DNA from: Candidatus Eiseniibacteriota bacterium
Lineage (GTDB): Bacteria; Eisenbacteria; RBG-16-71-46
DNA length: 64,000 nt
Assembly (NCBI GenBank): GCA_963725865.1
Contig: CAVSAC010000012.1
Coordinates: 448,001 to 512,000 of the forward strand
Direction: 5' to 3'
Shown here: positions 18,754 through 29,120 of the stretch, in pieces
Layout: each line of letters opens with the position of its first letter
Numbering within the stretch: the stretch's first letter is position 1
The notes under the pieces: model-generated
Told to the model about the DNA's origin: nothing
The model's database searches: none
Seen by the model: the letters and a program-made list of their open reading frames with translations, nothing else
Made by a program: the position numbers and the translations under genes

Positions 18754-20226
18754 TCAGCGCCCCGGAGCGGGGGAGCCGCGGGCGAAGGCGAGCGGCAGCA
18801 GCGCCAGCACCACCGGGGTGAGGATCGCGCCCCAGTAGTAGTCGAAGCGGTTGGCGCTGATCGCGACCAGGAACGCCGCCGGCACCGCCACCGCGGCCGC
18901 GAGCGCCCACCGCGCCGCCCGCTCGCGCAGCGCCACCGCGCCCCCCAGCGCCAGCAGCGCGAGCCACGGCGCGAGCGCGCCCCCATGCGGCATCAGCTCC
19001 AGCCCGTGGCGCAGCGCCCGCGTCAGCCGCGGCAGGCCGGGGCTGTGCAGCCAGGTCGCCAGCGCGAGCCCGCCCGCGCTCCCGGCCGCGGGCGCGGACA
19101 AGACGTGCAGCGCGATCGGCAGGATTGCGCCGCCGACGGCGATCAGCAGGGCGGGCACACGCGCGCGCGGGCGACCGCCGAGCCACCACGCGAGCACCCA
19201 CACCGGAACGTAGAGGATCGCCAGCTCGCGGAACGCGACCGCGACCGCGAGCGCGAGCGCGCTCGCGACCCAGCGCCCGCGCGCCAGCAGCGCCAGCGCC
19301 ACCACCACGACGCCGGCCGACCACGGCTCCGCGAACGTGAACCACGAGCGGTCGGCGAGCACGAAGAACGCGAAGAACGACGACAGCCCGATCGGGGCGA
19401 GCAGCGCCACGCCATCGCTCGCGAAGATGGCCGCGAGCCACCAGCCCGCCAGCGCGACCAGCAGCGCGAACGCCACGAACCAGCCGAGCAGCGCGGTGCC
19501 GCTCGCGCCGGGCAGCACGCGCCAGAGCTCGAACAGCGCGGGCTCGCGGAAGCTGAGCGGGGTCGCGATGCGGCCCTCGAAGCGGGCGTCCTCGCTCCAG
19601 GCCTGCTGGAACGCGGGGTAGAACGCCACCCCCCGCCGCATGAGCGCGCGCGTGCGCAGGTACAGCTCCCCGTCGAAGTCGTAGCGCTCGGGCTCGACCG
19701 TGCGCGCGTACACCGCCTGCCGCGCCTGCAGCGCCGGCGCGTAGGGCCCGCCCGCCAGCCCGAGCGTCCAGAGCTGGGCGCCGCACACCAGCGCGAGCGC
19801 CAGCGCCACGGCGAGCGGGCGCGAGATCCGTGCGCGCGCCCACGCGGCGCCCACCGCCACCGCCGCGGCGAGCGCCACGCCCAGTGCCAGCGCGATCCCG
19901 GTCGCGGCGGTGGGTGCCCCCGCGAGCAGCACGAGGCCTCCCAGCGCCGCGCCGCCGGCCGCGATCCGGGCGGCGTGGGCGGCGTCGCCGGCGACCGGCG
20001 GCGCGAGCGCCACCACCAGCCCCGCGAGCAGCCCGCGCGCGACGAAGCTGGCGAGCCAGCCGGGCGGGAACGCGGGCGTGCCGGGGAACATCACGAACGC
20101 GAGCGCTCCGGCGGCGGCGAGCGCGAGCGCGCCCGCGCGCGTCGAGCTGCCGTCGGGCGCGAGCGCGTGCGAGGCCCGGTCGTCGGACGGAGCAGGCGCG
20201 CGCGGCGCGTCGTGCGGGCGGTTCAC
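18754..20226 (-). CDS. Polytopic membrane protein, possibly GT-C-fold glycosyltransferase-like
   Basis: GTG start overlaps the upstream stop. More than 10 TM segments, an acidic loop (YDFDGE) and an FRE motif. Confidence 0.6.
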   Translation of the reverse strand: MNRPHDAPRAPAPSDDRASHALAPDGSSTRAGALALAAAGALAFVMFPGTPAFPPGWLASFVARGLLAGLVVALAPPVAGDAAHAARIAAGGAALGGLVLLAGAPTAATGIALALGVALAAAVAVGAAWARARISRPLAVALALALVCGAQLWTLGLAGGPYAPALQARQAVYARTVEPERYDFDGELYLRTRALMRRGVAFYPAFQQAWSEDARFEGRIATPLSFREPALFELWRVLPGASGTALLGWFVAFALLVALAGWWLAAIFASDGVALLAPIGLSSFFAFFVLADRSWFTFAEPWSAGVVVVALALLARGRWVASALALAVAVAFRELAILYVPVWVLAWWLGGRPRARVPALLIAVGGAILPIALHVLSAPAAGSAGGLALATWLHSPGLPRLTRALRHGLELMPHGGALAPWLALLALGGAVALRERAARWALAAAVAVPAAFLVAISANRFDYYWGAILTPVVLALLPLAFARGSPAPGR

Positions 20227-22700
20227 CAGCGCGCCCCGATGCTCGCGCGCAGCTCGCGCGGCGGCGTGCCGAGGCGCGCATCGTGGACCGGCACCCAGTG
20301 ACCGGGATCGCCGGCGGGCAGTGTGCTCCAGAACGCGCCGCCGCCCTGGCCGGTCGCGGTGCGGTAGGCGCCGTAGTCGTCGTAGATCGTGTTGATGAGC
20401 GGGTTGGGATAGCCGTCGAGCGTCGCCACCCGATCGCCACGCTCGTCGAACAGGTTGCGCGCCTCGATCCCGAGCGTGAACCCGTACGCGCGCGGCGGCG
20501 TCCACTGCAGGCTCGCGTTCGTGGCCTCGGTCCAGCCGAGCCGCCCGCTGTTGGTGAGCCCGAGGTCGGCCACCTGCTGGCGGACCTGCTTGGGCGTCCA
20601 CGGTAGCGGCGAGCCGACCGCGGTCGACCACGCGAACGACCAGCGCTCGCGCCACTGCCACGCGCCGATCAGCGCGAGCGAGTGGCGGCGGTCCCACGAC
20701 ACCGGCGGATCGCCGGTCGACGGGGTGCGCGCCTGGCGCACGGTACCGTACGGGTCGCCCTCGGCGCGCGACTCGTTGCCGCGCGCCTGCATCCAGGTGT
20801 AGTGAGCCTCGAGTCGGCGGTGCTCGCCGCTCGCGTGGACCAGGCTCCACTCGAAGCCGACGGCCGCGCTCTCGTCCTCGTTGGCGTAGCGCAGATCGAA
20901 CGGGCCGTCGGCGATCGTGAAGTCGCGCGCGCCCACCTGGTCGAACACGTCGCGAAAGAACACGGAACTCTGCAGCGCCCATTCCGGGCCGAACACGTGC
21001 TTCACCGCGGCCTCGTACGAGACCACCGTCGCCGGCACCAGCGCCGGATCGCCGAGCGGCTGGCGGTTGGTGATCGCCGTGCGCTGGTCGTACAGGTAGT
21101 CGCGCGCGGGATCCTGCTGGATGCGCACGTACGCGAACGAGAACACGTCGCGCACCGAGATCGGATAGGCGATGCCGAGCCGGGGCGCCAGCGACCACAC
21201 GCCGCCGCGGCCCGGCAGGGTCTGGCGGTCGCGCTCGGAACCGGCCGTGAAGTACTCCGCGCGCAGTCCGGCGTTGAGGATCATGCCGCCGGAGGCCCAG
21301 CGCGTCTGCACGTAGCCGAACGCTCCCGGCGCCCCGGCGCGGTACGCGCGGATGGAATCGAACGGCTGCGGTCCGAACACGTCGGCGCCGAAGCGCCCCG
21401 ACGGCAGGAAGTCGGTCTCGCGCAGGCGCACCTGGTCGTGGTGCACGCCCGCGCCGGCGGTGAAGCGGGTGCCCCGCCGGTTCACCAGCTCGCCGTCGGC
21501 GCGCAGCGTGACCACGTCGCTCGCGCTCTCGCGGTACAGCGGGTAGTCGCCCCAGAGCACGTAGAACAGGCTGCGGTCGTTCGAGTTCCCGTACGTGGGC
21601 CGGAAGTCGATGCCGCCCCGGTAGCCGCCGCCCACCGACGTCACGCTGCGGGTGCGCAGCCAACCGAGCGTCAGCGTGCCGCTTGCCGGGCCGCGGCGCG
21701 CCGTGGTGCTGAGCAGCGTGGCCAGCGTGCGCTCATCGGTGATCGCCAGGTGGTCGGCCGCGCGGTAGCGGAGGTAGCCGGGCAATTCCACCGGGCTGAA
21801 GATCGGCGAGACCTTGGGATTCGGATCGATGTAGGTCCAGCCGTCGAGCGACCAGTTGGGGCTGTAGGGCTCGTGCACCTGCCGGCTCACGAACACCTGG
21901 GCCGAGAACCGGTCCGGCTGCTCGATCGGCGCCAGCTTGAGCGAGCCGAGCAACCGGTTTTCGGCGCGCCAGCCGAGCGAGAGCCCGGCCAGCTCGTGCC
22001 GGCGCACCGTGCGCAGCATCGGCAGCGAGGTGTCGTCGAGCGTCACGTCGCTCGCCGCCACCGCGCCGAGCCCGAGCAGCGGCAGCGGCGCGGACGCCCG
22101 CGCGCCCACCCGGTCGTAATGGGTGCCGCTGCGGCCGTCGCTCTGCCAGCGCCACTCCGCCGACGGGCGCGGCCCGGGGTCGAGCGTGCGCAGCGCGAGC
22201 ACGCCCGACAGTCCGCCGCCGTACTGCGCGTCCGGCGTGCCGCTCACCAACTCCGCGCCGCGCAGCGCGAGCAGCGGCACCTCGAGCGTGCGGTGACGCT
22301 GCGGCTCGTCGAGGCGGATGCCGTCCAGCTCCACCACCGTCTCGCCCGAGCGGCCGCCGCGCACGTGCAGCTCCTCGGCCTGCGCGACCACGCCCGCCTG
22401 CAGCGCCACCACGTCGGCCAGGTTGTCGATCGGGTAGGCGTGCAGCGCGGTGCTCGGCAGCAGGTGCACGGTCTGGCTCGAGCGCAGGTCGGGCAGCAGC
22501 GCGTGCACCTCGATCGGCGGGAATCGCTTGACCACACGGCGCGGGATCGAGTCGGTGTCGGCGATCGCGGTCGCGAGCGCGACCGGAGTGGGTGATGCGG
22601 CCAGGGTGGAGGTGGGGACGGCGAGCGCGAGGGACAGCGTCAGCAGGGTCGCGAACAAGGGCGCCTCGTAGGGGAGCACCGCGCACAGGGGCGCGCGCAA
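20223..22700 (-). CDS. TonB-dependent receptor-like outer membrane protein (start uncertain)
   Basis: Signal peptide, plug motif LHVRGGRSGE...DG, barrel motifs LNAGLRAEYF, APRLGIAYP and EARNLFD, terminal Trp. Confidence 0.82.
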   Translation of the reverse strand: MRAPLCAVLPYEAPLFATLLTLSLALAVPTSTLAASPTPVALATAIADTDSIPRRVVKRFPPIEVHALLPDLRSSQTVHLLPSTALHAYPIDNLADVVALQAGVVAQAEELHVRGGRSGETVVELDGIRLDEPQRHRTLEVPLLALRGAELVSGTPDAQYGGGLSGVLALRTLDPGPRPSAEWRWQSDGRSGTHYDRVGARASAPLPLLGLGAVAASDVTLDDTSLPMLRTVRRHELAGLSLGWRAENRLLGSLKLAPIEQPDRFSAQVFVSRQVHEPYSPNWSLDGWTYIDPNPKVSPIFSPVELPGYLRYRAADHLAITDERTLATLLSTTARRGPASGTLTLGWLRTRSVTSVGGGYRGGIDFRPTYGNSNDRSLFYVLWGDYPLYRESASDVVTLRADGELVNRRGTRFTAGAGVHHDQVRLRETDFLPSGRFGADVFGPQPFDSIRAYRAGAPGAFGYVQTRWASGGMILNAGLRAEYFTAGSERDRQTLPGRGGVWSLAPRLGIAYPISVRDVFSFAYVRIQQDPARDYLYDQRTAITNRQPLGDPALVPATVVSYEAAVKHVFGPEWALQSSVFFRDVFDQVGARDFTIADGPFDLRYANEDESAAVGFEWSLVHASGEHRRLEAHYTWMQARGNESRAEGDPYGTVRQARTPSTGDPPVSWDRRHSLALIGAWQWRERWSFAWSTAVGSPLPWTPKQVRQQVADLGLTNSGRLGWTEATNASLQWTPPRAYGFTLGIEARNLFDERGDRVATLDGYPNPLINTIYDDYGAYRTATGQGGGAFWSTLPAGDPGHWVPVHDARLGTPPRELRASIGARW

Positions 22701-22862
22701 GTGCTCATGGGACCCGGCCGACCTCGGGCAGGGTGCCCGCCCGCGCGCGCGAGTTCAACCGAAAACACGCAGATCGCGTGCCCTGACGATCAAGCCGCAT
22801 CGGATCCCGGCCGCCGACTATACTGGGGCGTCCAGCCACTCGCACCACCGAGGGCCGACCCC

Positions 22863-23453
22863 GTGCCTTCCAGTTCCGACCCCGCCTCCGAGCCCCTGCT
22901 CGTCACCACCGAGCTGCTGCGTCGCGCCAAGCAGGGCGACGACCAGGCGCTCGGGCAGATCGTGGCGCGCTACCTGCCGCGGCTGACCCGCTGGGCGTGC
23001 GGCCGGCTCCCCCTGCGGGCGCGCTCCCTGTACGACACCGCGGACCTGGTGCAGGAGACGCTGTTGCGGGTGCTCCAGGGGCTCGACCGCATCGAGGTGC
23101 GGGGCCCGGGCGGTTTCCAGGCCTATGTTCGCCAGGCGGTCCTCAACCGTATTAGGGATCAGATCCGCCACACCGACCGGCGGCCCGGGCCACCCGGCGT
23201 CCCCGAGGACCTCGAGGCTCCGAGTCCGTCGCCGCTCGAGGTGGCGATCGGCGCCGACGTGGTCGCGCGCTACGAACGGGGACTCTCGACATTGAGCGAG
23301 GAGGAGCAGCAGCTCCTCCACCTGCATGTGGAGCTGGACTACAGCTACGCCGAGATCGCCACCATGACGGGGCGGCCGAGCCGGGACGCGGTCCGCATGG
23401 CGGTCCAGCGCGCGCTGCGCCGGCTCGCGGAGGCGATGGGCCATGAATCGTGA
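22863..23453 (+). CDS. ECF RNA polymerase sigma factor
   Basis: ELLRRAKQGD..AL...DTADLVQET...NRIRD...SYAEIA...AVRMAVQRAL; overlaps the kinase start. Confidence 0.88.
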   Translation: MPSSSDPASEPLLVTTELLRRAKQGDDQALGQIVARYLPRLTRWACGRLPLRARSLYDTADLVQETLLRVLQGLDRIEVRGPGGFQAYVRQAVLNRIRDQIRHTDRRPGPPGVPEDLEAPSPSPLEVAIGADVVARYERGLSTLSEEEQQLLHLHVELDYSYAEIATMTGRPSRDAVRMAVQRALRRLAEAMGHES

Positions 23454-25161
23454 CGCCCGGAGCATCGAGCGGCTGCTCGAGTCCTGGTCGCGGGGCGAAG
23501 TGGTGGACTGGGAGCGCGCCGATCGGGGCGCGCATGACGACGACGATCGCGCGCAGGTGCGCGCGCTGCGCGACGTCGCGCGGATCGCCGACTTCAGCCG
23601 CTCGCTGCAGCACTCGGCGCTCGGCACCGATCCCGACGCTCCCGAGCGCTGGGGCGCGCTGTTGATCCTCGAGCACGTGGGCGCCGGCGCGAACGGCGAC
23701 GTGTACCGCGCGTGGGATCCCTCGCTCCAGCGCGAGGTCGCGCTCAAGCTGTTGCGCGCGCCCGCGGCCGCGGGCGGCGATCTGATCGGCGAGGCGCGGG
23801 CACTGGCGCGCGTGCGCCACCCCGACGTCGCCACGGTGTTCGGCGTCGCCGAGCACGACGGGCGCGTCGGCATGTGGATGGAATTCCTGCGTGGCGCGAG
23901 CCTGGCGGCCGAGGTGGAGCGCCGCGGCGCGCTGCCCGCCGGCGAGGTGATCCGCATCGGCGTCCAGCTCGCCCGCGCGCTCGCGGCGATCCACGCCGCG
24001 GGCCTCGTGCACCGCGACGTGAAGCCCGCGAACGTGGTGCTCGAAGCGGCCGAGCGCGCGGTGATCACCGACTTCGGCCTCGGCCTGCGCGCCGACCTGA
24101 CCAGCCTCGAGGCGCTGACCGCTTCGGGCACCCCGATGTTCATGTCGCCCGCGCGGCTCGACGGCCAGCCCGCGACCCCGCCCGACGACGTGTACGCGCT
24201 CGCCGCGACGCTGTGGAACGCACTGTTCGGCGCGCCGCCGTTCGCCGCCCACACGCTCGCCGAGCTACGAGCGGCGGTGCGCGAGGGACCGTCGGCCGCG
24301 GTGCGCGCTCAGCGCCCCGAGGCGCCGGCCGCGCTGGTGCGCGTGCTCGAGCGCGCGCTCGCGCCCGATCCCGCGCGGCGCATCGCTCGCGCGGAAGAGC
24401 TGGCGGCGGCGCTCGAAGCGCTTGGAGCCGAGGCGGCCACTCCCGCGCCGCGGCGCGTGTCCGCGTTCGCATGGGCCGCGGTGACGGCCGTGGTGCTCGC
24501 GAGCCTCGCGCTGTGGCTCGCGCTGCGGTCGCGCGCCCCGCACGCGTCGCCCGCGCCGGCGGCGAGCTCGGCACCCGCGGTGGCTCCCGGCGCGTACGAC
24601 GTCTCGGCCGCGCTGGTGCGGCGCAGCGAAGGCGGCTACGAGCGGCTCTCGCCCGGCGATCGCGTGCGGCCCGGCGACCGGCTGTCGCTGGAGTTCCACG
24701 CGACGCGTCGCGTGTGGCTCTACGTGCTGAACGAGGACGAGCAGGGTGCCGCGTTCCTGCTGTTCCCGACAGCCGACTTCGACCAGCAGAACCCGCTCGC
24801 GGCCGAGACCACGCTGGTGCTGCCTGGCCTGATGCACGGCCAGGAGAACGCGTGGACCGTGACGAGCCGCGGCGGGCGCGAGCACTTCCTGGTGGTGGCG
24901 AGCCCCGAGCCGATCGCCGAACTCGAGGCCGGGCTCGCCGACCTGCCGGCCGTGAGTCCCGACCGCGCGGTGCGGTACGCCCCGGTCTCCGCCGGCACCG
25001 TCGAGCGCCTGCGCGGCGTCGGCGGCGTGCGCCCGCTGCCCGCGGCCACACCCGCGCGGCGCGCCGGCGTGTTCGAGCAGTTCCGCGCGCTCGCCGGCCG
25101 CGAGCGCGGCGTGACCGGCGTGTGGACACGCGAGATCACACTGGAGAACCCGCTGCACTGA
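23443..25161 (+). CDS. Ser/Thr kinase with TM helix and C-terminal DUF4384-like domain
   Basis: VALK, HRDVKPAN and DFG motifs; C-terminal GDRL.L....LYVLNED..G..FLLFP pattern typical of DUF4384. Confidence 0.85.
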   Translation: MNRDARSIERLLESWSRGEVVDWERADRGAHDDDDRAQVRALRDVARIADFSRSLQHSALGTDPDAPERWGALLILEHVGAGANGDVYRAWDPSLQREVALKLLRAPAAAGGDLIGEARALARVRHPDVATVFGVAEHDGRVGMWMEFLRGASLAAEVERRGALPAGEVIRIGVQLARALAAIHAAGLVHRDVKPANVVLEAAERAVITDFGLGLRADLTSLEALTASGTPMFMSPARLDGQPATPPDDVYALAATLWNALFGAPPFAAHTLAELRAAVREGPSAAVRAQRPEAPAALVRVLERALAPDPARRIARAEELAAALEALGAEAATPAPRRVSAFAWAAVTAVVLASLALWLALRSRAPHASPAPAASSAPAVAPGAYDVSAALVRRSEGGYERLSPGDRVRPGDRLSLEFHATRRVWLYVLNEDEQGAAFLLFPTADFDQQNPLAAETTLVLPGLMHGQENAWTVTSRGGREHFLVVASPEPIAELEAGLADLPAVSPDRAVRYAPVSAGTVERLRGVGGVRPLPAATPARRAGVFEQFRALAGRERGVTGVWTREITLENPLH

Positions 25162-25198
25162 GCGCGGGGCCGGCGCCGCCGGTGCTATCGTCGCGCGC

Positions 25199-27298
25199 GT
25201 GGAAACGAGCGAGATCGCATCGGTCGCTCCGCGCGACGGACGGGCGTCGCGCCGCACCATCGTGGTCGCCTGCATCTGCGGGCTGATCGCGTTCGCCGGT
25301 TACGCCGCCACCGCGTGCCGCACCATCACGTGGTGGGAGGGCTCCAGCTATTCGCTCGCGGCCGCCACGCTCGGAGTCACCGCCCCGCCGGGCTCGCTGC
25401 TGCTCACGCTGCTCGGCTGGCTCGGGACGCGCGTGCCGGTCGTCCACCCGCTCGCGTTCCAGCTCAACCTGCTCGCCGCGCTGATCGCGGCGGTGCTGGC
25501 GGGACTGGTGTGCGCCCTCGCGATCCGCCTCGCGACGCCGGACGATCGTGGGCCCCGCGCGCCGGAGGCGATCGGTGGCACCATCGCCGGACTCACGCTG
25601 GCGTTCGCGACGACGGTGTGGACCTACGCGGTCCAGTTCACGCCCTATGTCCTGAGCGCGTGTTTCGCGGCGCTCATCCTGCTCGCGGCGCTCTGGTGGT
25701 GGGAGGGCGCGGAGGAGCGGGAGCGCTCGGGACGTCTGCTCGTGCTGTTCCTGCTGTTCGGGCTCGACGTCAGCGTGCACCGCACCAGCCTGCTCGCGCT
25801 GCCGGCCGCGCTGGCGTGGGTGACGCTGCGACGGCCGCGCGCGTGGCTGCGGCCCACGGCGTGGGCGGCGATGGTGGGGGGCTTCGCCGCCGGCCTCGCT
25901 CTGCAACTGCTCATCATCCCGATGTCGGCGCGCGGTCCGTTCCTGAATCTCAACCAGCCGCACGACCTGCCGCGGCTCTGGGCCTATGTCTCGCTCGAAC
26001 AGCAGGGCGGCGGCTTCCTCGTGAACCTGTGGCCGCGGCGCGCGGACTTCGTGCACGTGCAGCTCGGCGACTTCGCGAGCTTCCTGCGTCAGAACCTCAT
26101 ACCCGCCGACGGCGGTCCGTTGCGCGTGCTGCCGGTGATGCTCGCGCTCGTGGGACTCGGCGTGCTGCTGCGCGGCTCGCCGCGCCTTGGGCTCGCGTGG
26201 CTCGGCTTCTTCGTCTGCGCGGGCCTCGGCGCGGTGGCGTACTTCAATCTGCCGCCCCACTACTTCCGCCCGATGGGGCGCCACTACCTGCCGGCGCTCG
26301 TGGCGCTCGCGCCGCTGATGGGCGTGGGCGCCGCGGCGATGCTGCGCCTCCCCGGCGGGCTGCGGACGATCCCCCGGGTGCTGGCGGTCGGAGCGCTCGG
26401 GGTGGTGGTGGTCCTGCTGCCGTGGACGCAGTGGACGAGCAATCATCGGGCCTGCGATCTCTCGCGCACGCGCTTCGCCGATAACTTCGCGCGCGACCTG
26501 CTCGAGCCGCTGCCGCCGCGCGCGGTGCTGCTGACCAACGGCGACAACGACACGTTCCCGCTCTGGTACCTGCAGCAGGTCGAGGGCGTGCGCCGCGACG
26601 TGACGGTGATCAACCTGCCGTGCGCGAACACCGGCTGGTTCCTCGACCAGCTGCGCCGCCGCGATCCCGACCTGCGCCATCTGCTCGACGCCGAGCGCGG
26701 ACTGGACGTGCTCCTTCCGGCCATGGTGCGCGACACGGTCGTCGCGCTGCGGGTCGAGCCGGGCCCCGGATCCGCGCTGCCGCCGGGGATGGCCGCCGCG
26801 GACTCGATCACGTTGCGGCTCCCCAGCATGATGGTCGCGAGCGATCGCGCGGTGCTCGACCTGCTGCTGCAGCTGCGCTGGCAGCGGCCAGTGCACGTCG
26901 CGGTGACCGTGCCGCCCGATCGCATGCCGTGGCTGTGGCCGTATGTCCGGATCAGCGGGCTGACGTTCGCGATGGTGCCGAGCGCGGACTCCTCGGCGCT
27001 GGACCTGGAACGACTGCGCCGCACGGTGACCGAGCGCCTCCACTGCGCAGACCTCGCCGATACCACCATCGTGCTGGACCGCGACTCCCTTCCGATGGTC
27101 AGCAACTACCTGGCGGCGTTCGTCCAGCTCGCCGAAGCGCAGCTGGCTCGGGGAGACCCGGAGGGCGGGCTGGAGACCCTGCGCCTGCTCGAGGCGCGGG
27201 TGCCGCCTCGGCGTCTGGGACTGGAGCCCGACTTGCTCGTGCCCCTGCGCGCGGAACTCCTGGACGCCCTGAAGACGCGGCAGCGCGTCCCAGGGTAG
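25199..27298 (+). CDS. DUF2723/TMEM260-like membrane glycosyltransferase
   Basis: TITWWEG...LGVTAPPG N-terminal motif, many TM helices, and LTNGDNDTFPLWYLQQVEGVRRDVTVIN. Confidence 0.85.
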   Translation: METSEIASVAPRDGRASRRTIVVACICGLIAFAGYAATACRTITWWEGSSYSLAAATLGVTAPPGSLLLTLLGWLGTRVPVVHPLAFQLNLLAALIAAVLAGLVCALAIRLATPDDRGPRAPEAIGGTIAGLTLAFATTVWTYAVQFTPYVLSACFAALILLAALWWWEGAEERERSGRLLVLFLLFGLDVSVHRTSLLALPAALAWVTLRRPRAWLRPTAWAAMVGGFAAGLALQLLIIPMSARGPFLNLNQPHDLPRLWAYVSLEQQGGGFLVNLWPRRADFVHVQLGDFASFLRQNLIPADGGPLRVLPVMLALVGLGVLLRGSPRLGLAWLGFFVCAGLGAVAYFNLPPHYFRPMGRHYLPALVALAPLMGVGAAAMLRLPGGLRTIPRVLAVGALGVVVVLLPWTQWTSNHRACDLSRTRFADNFARDLLEPLPPRAVLLTNGDNDTFPLWYLQQVEGVRRDVTVINLPCANTGWFLDQLRRRDPDLRHLLDAERGLDVLLPAMVRDTVVALRVEPGPGSALPPGMAAADSITLRLPSMMVASDRAVLDLLLQLRWQRPVHVAVTVPPDRMPWLWPYVRISGLTFAMVPSADSSALDLERLRRTVTERLHCADLADTTIVLDRDSLPMVSNYLAAFVQLAEAQLARGDPEGGLETLRLLEARVPPRRLGLEPDLLVPLRAELLDALKTRQRVPG

Positions 27299-27394
27299 AG
27301 CGGCACTTCCGAAGTGCCCGCGGACCACGATTGCCGAACAGCCGTCCCGCGCGGGATGACGCCCGCGCGTCGAACCGATCGCCTGCTCGACGCG

Positions 27395-28771
27395 TCAGGC
27401 CGAAGCGCTGGTGATGTGTGGGACCCGTCGCGCCCCAGGGGGCGCCAGGCGCGAGATCGCCGCCCGCAGCCGCGCTTCGAGTGGCGCCCCGAGCAACTCG
27501 TCGCCGAGCGGCGCGGCGCGGCGCGCCTCGTCGGCCCGGAAGCCCAGCCGCCTCAGCCACGGGATCACTTCGTCCACGCTGGCCTGCTGTGCGGCCGCGC
27601 GCTCGCGCGCTTGCGCGGCCTTGGAGGCCGCCTCACGCGCCGTCCTGGCTTCGCGGGCCTGCTTCGCCTCGCGTGTCGCCTCCGACCGGCGCCGCGCTTC
27701 GTCGCGCTGGTGGCGCATGAATTCGACGCCGTAGGTGCGCTCGGCCGCGAGCTGGTTGTGCGCCCGGCACAACAGCCGCAGGCCGCTGGGCGTCGCCTGA
27801 CCGTCGCGCGCGAATGGCTGGGCGTGGTCGAACTCGAGCCGTGTGCGCGCCTCGCATCGATGGCCGCTGTCGCTTACGAACGTGCACTGGCCACCATCGC
27901 GCTGCCAGACCATGCGCCGGATGGCGGCCGGGATGTACCGCCCGTCGTTCGTGCCGCGCGGCCGGCGGCTGGGCCGCGTGCGGGCGGTGCGGGCGAAGCG
28001 GCGCTGCTCGAGTTGCGCGATCAGCGCGTCGAGGGCGCGCTCCAGCACCTGGGCCAGGTCGCCCGACGGCACGGTGTGGCCGAGGAGCGTCTGCGCGTAG
28101 CGCAGCTTGTCGTGCGTGCCCTGTGCGATCGTGACCTGCAGCGCGAAGCGTCCAGCAGAGAGCGGCGCGAGCTTCGACCGCGACCCAACATGCCCCGACG
28201 CAGGGTGAGCGCCGGCGACTTCAACTGGCGCCAGTGTGAGTGCGCCATCGCAGGCGCTCTCAGGCTCGGCGGAATGTCCAGAAACGGTGAGAATCACATG
28301 CGCCGGGGCATGTTGTTCTCCATGTTCACAAGCGACGAGCGGCTGCACCAGCGCCGGCAGGTCGGGCCGCGGGAAGCGCTCGGCGATCAGCCGCTGGATC
28401 CCAGCCTTGCCGTGATGCGTGGTGGCCGCCAGCAGGTCGTCGGCGTTCTCCGGGGTGAGGTACGGCGCCAGCAGGTTGACGCCGCTCAGGTGCAGGCGCC
28501 CATCGGCGAGCATCGGGAAGATCGCCGGGAAGCGCCGCGCGATGCGGGCGGCCTGGATCCGCTTGGCGGCCGCGTCCTCCGACAACTTCAGCTCCCCCAC
28601 GCACCAGGCGTACATCGACGGGTACCCCGCCGGCAGGTAGAGCTTCCGAGCATCGACCTCGGCCAGATGCGCCAGCATCGCCGCGGTGGTGACACGGTCC
28701 TGGGCGGCGAGCGAGGCCAGATCCCGCAGCAACGTGTGATCGGACAGATGCGAAAGCGAATAGGGCTTCAT
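27395..28771 (-). CDS. DUF222-like/HNH endonuclease domain protein (possibly mobile)
   Basis: LAHLAEVDARKLY...YPSMYAWC N-terminus; IPAAIRRMVWQRDGGQC...C...LEFDH...LRLLCRAHN. Confidence 0.82.
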   Translation of the reverse strand: MKPYSLSHLSDHTLLRDLASLAAQDRVTTAAMLAHLAEVDARKLYLPAGYPSMYAWCVGELKLSEDAAAKRIQAARIARRFPAIFPMLADGRLHLSGVNLLAPYLTPENADDLLAATTHHGKAGIQRLIAERFPRPDLPALVQPLVACEHGEQHAPAHVILTVSGHSAEPESACDGALTLAPVEVAGAHPASGHVGSRSKLAPLSAGRFALQVTIAQGTHDKLRYAQTLLGHTVPSGDLAQVLERALDALIAQLEQRRFARTARTRPSRRPRGTNDGRYIPAAIRRMVWQRDGGQCTFVSDSGHRCEARTRLEFDHAQPFARDGQATPSGLRLLCRAHNQLAAERTYGVEFMRHQRDEARRRSEATREAKQAREARTAREAASKAAQARERAAAQQASVDEVIPWLRRLGFRADEARRAAPLGDELLGAPLEARLRAAISRLAPPGARRVPHITSASA

Positions 28772-29120
28772 GACGGGACTCCGCGGCGGGGGCAGAGTCG
28801 CGGGGGCAGTCTCCACTTCTTAGCACGGGCGCTCGAGACGCTCACGCGTGCCGCGAGAGCGCACGACTCCCTTCGATACGCAATCGCAGCCCCAGGCAGT
28901 CGGACAACGGCCACGGCGCGCGGCCTGCGCGCGCACAGACGCCTCGCCCGCGAGCGCACCGGAGTTCGCACTTCGGGGGGCGCGAAGCCTGTCAAGGGGA
29001 TTCTCGGTCCGCGCGATTCGCGAACTTCGATCGCGCCACTGCGCGCGCGCGATCGCGCCGCCGCGCGCGCGATCGCGCCGCGCAGGTCGGCAGGACTGAT
29101 GCCCGGCACTGCGCGATGAA

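Noticed and set aside
29028..29080. CGATCGCGCC repeats as a CRISPR or guide array
   Set aside because: Only three short low-complexity units, no unique spacers, and no cas genes in the window.
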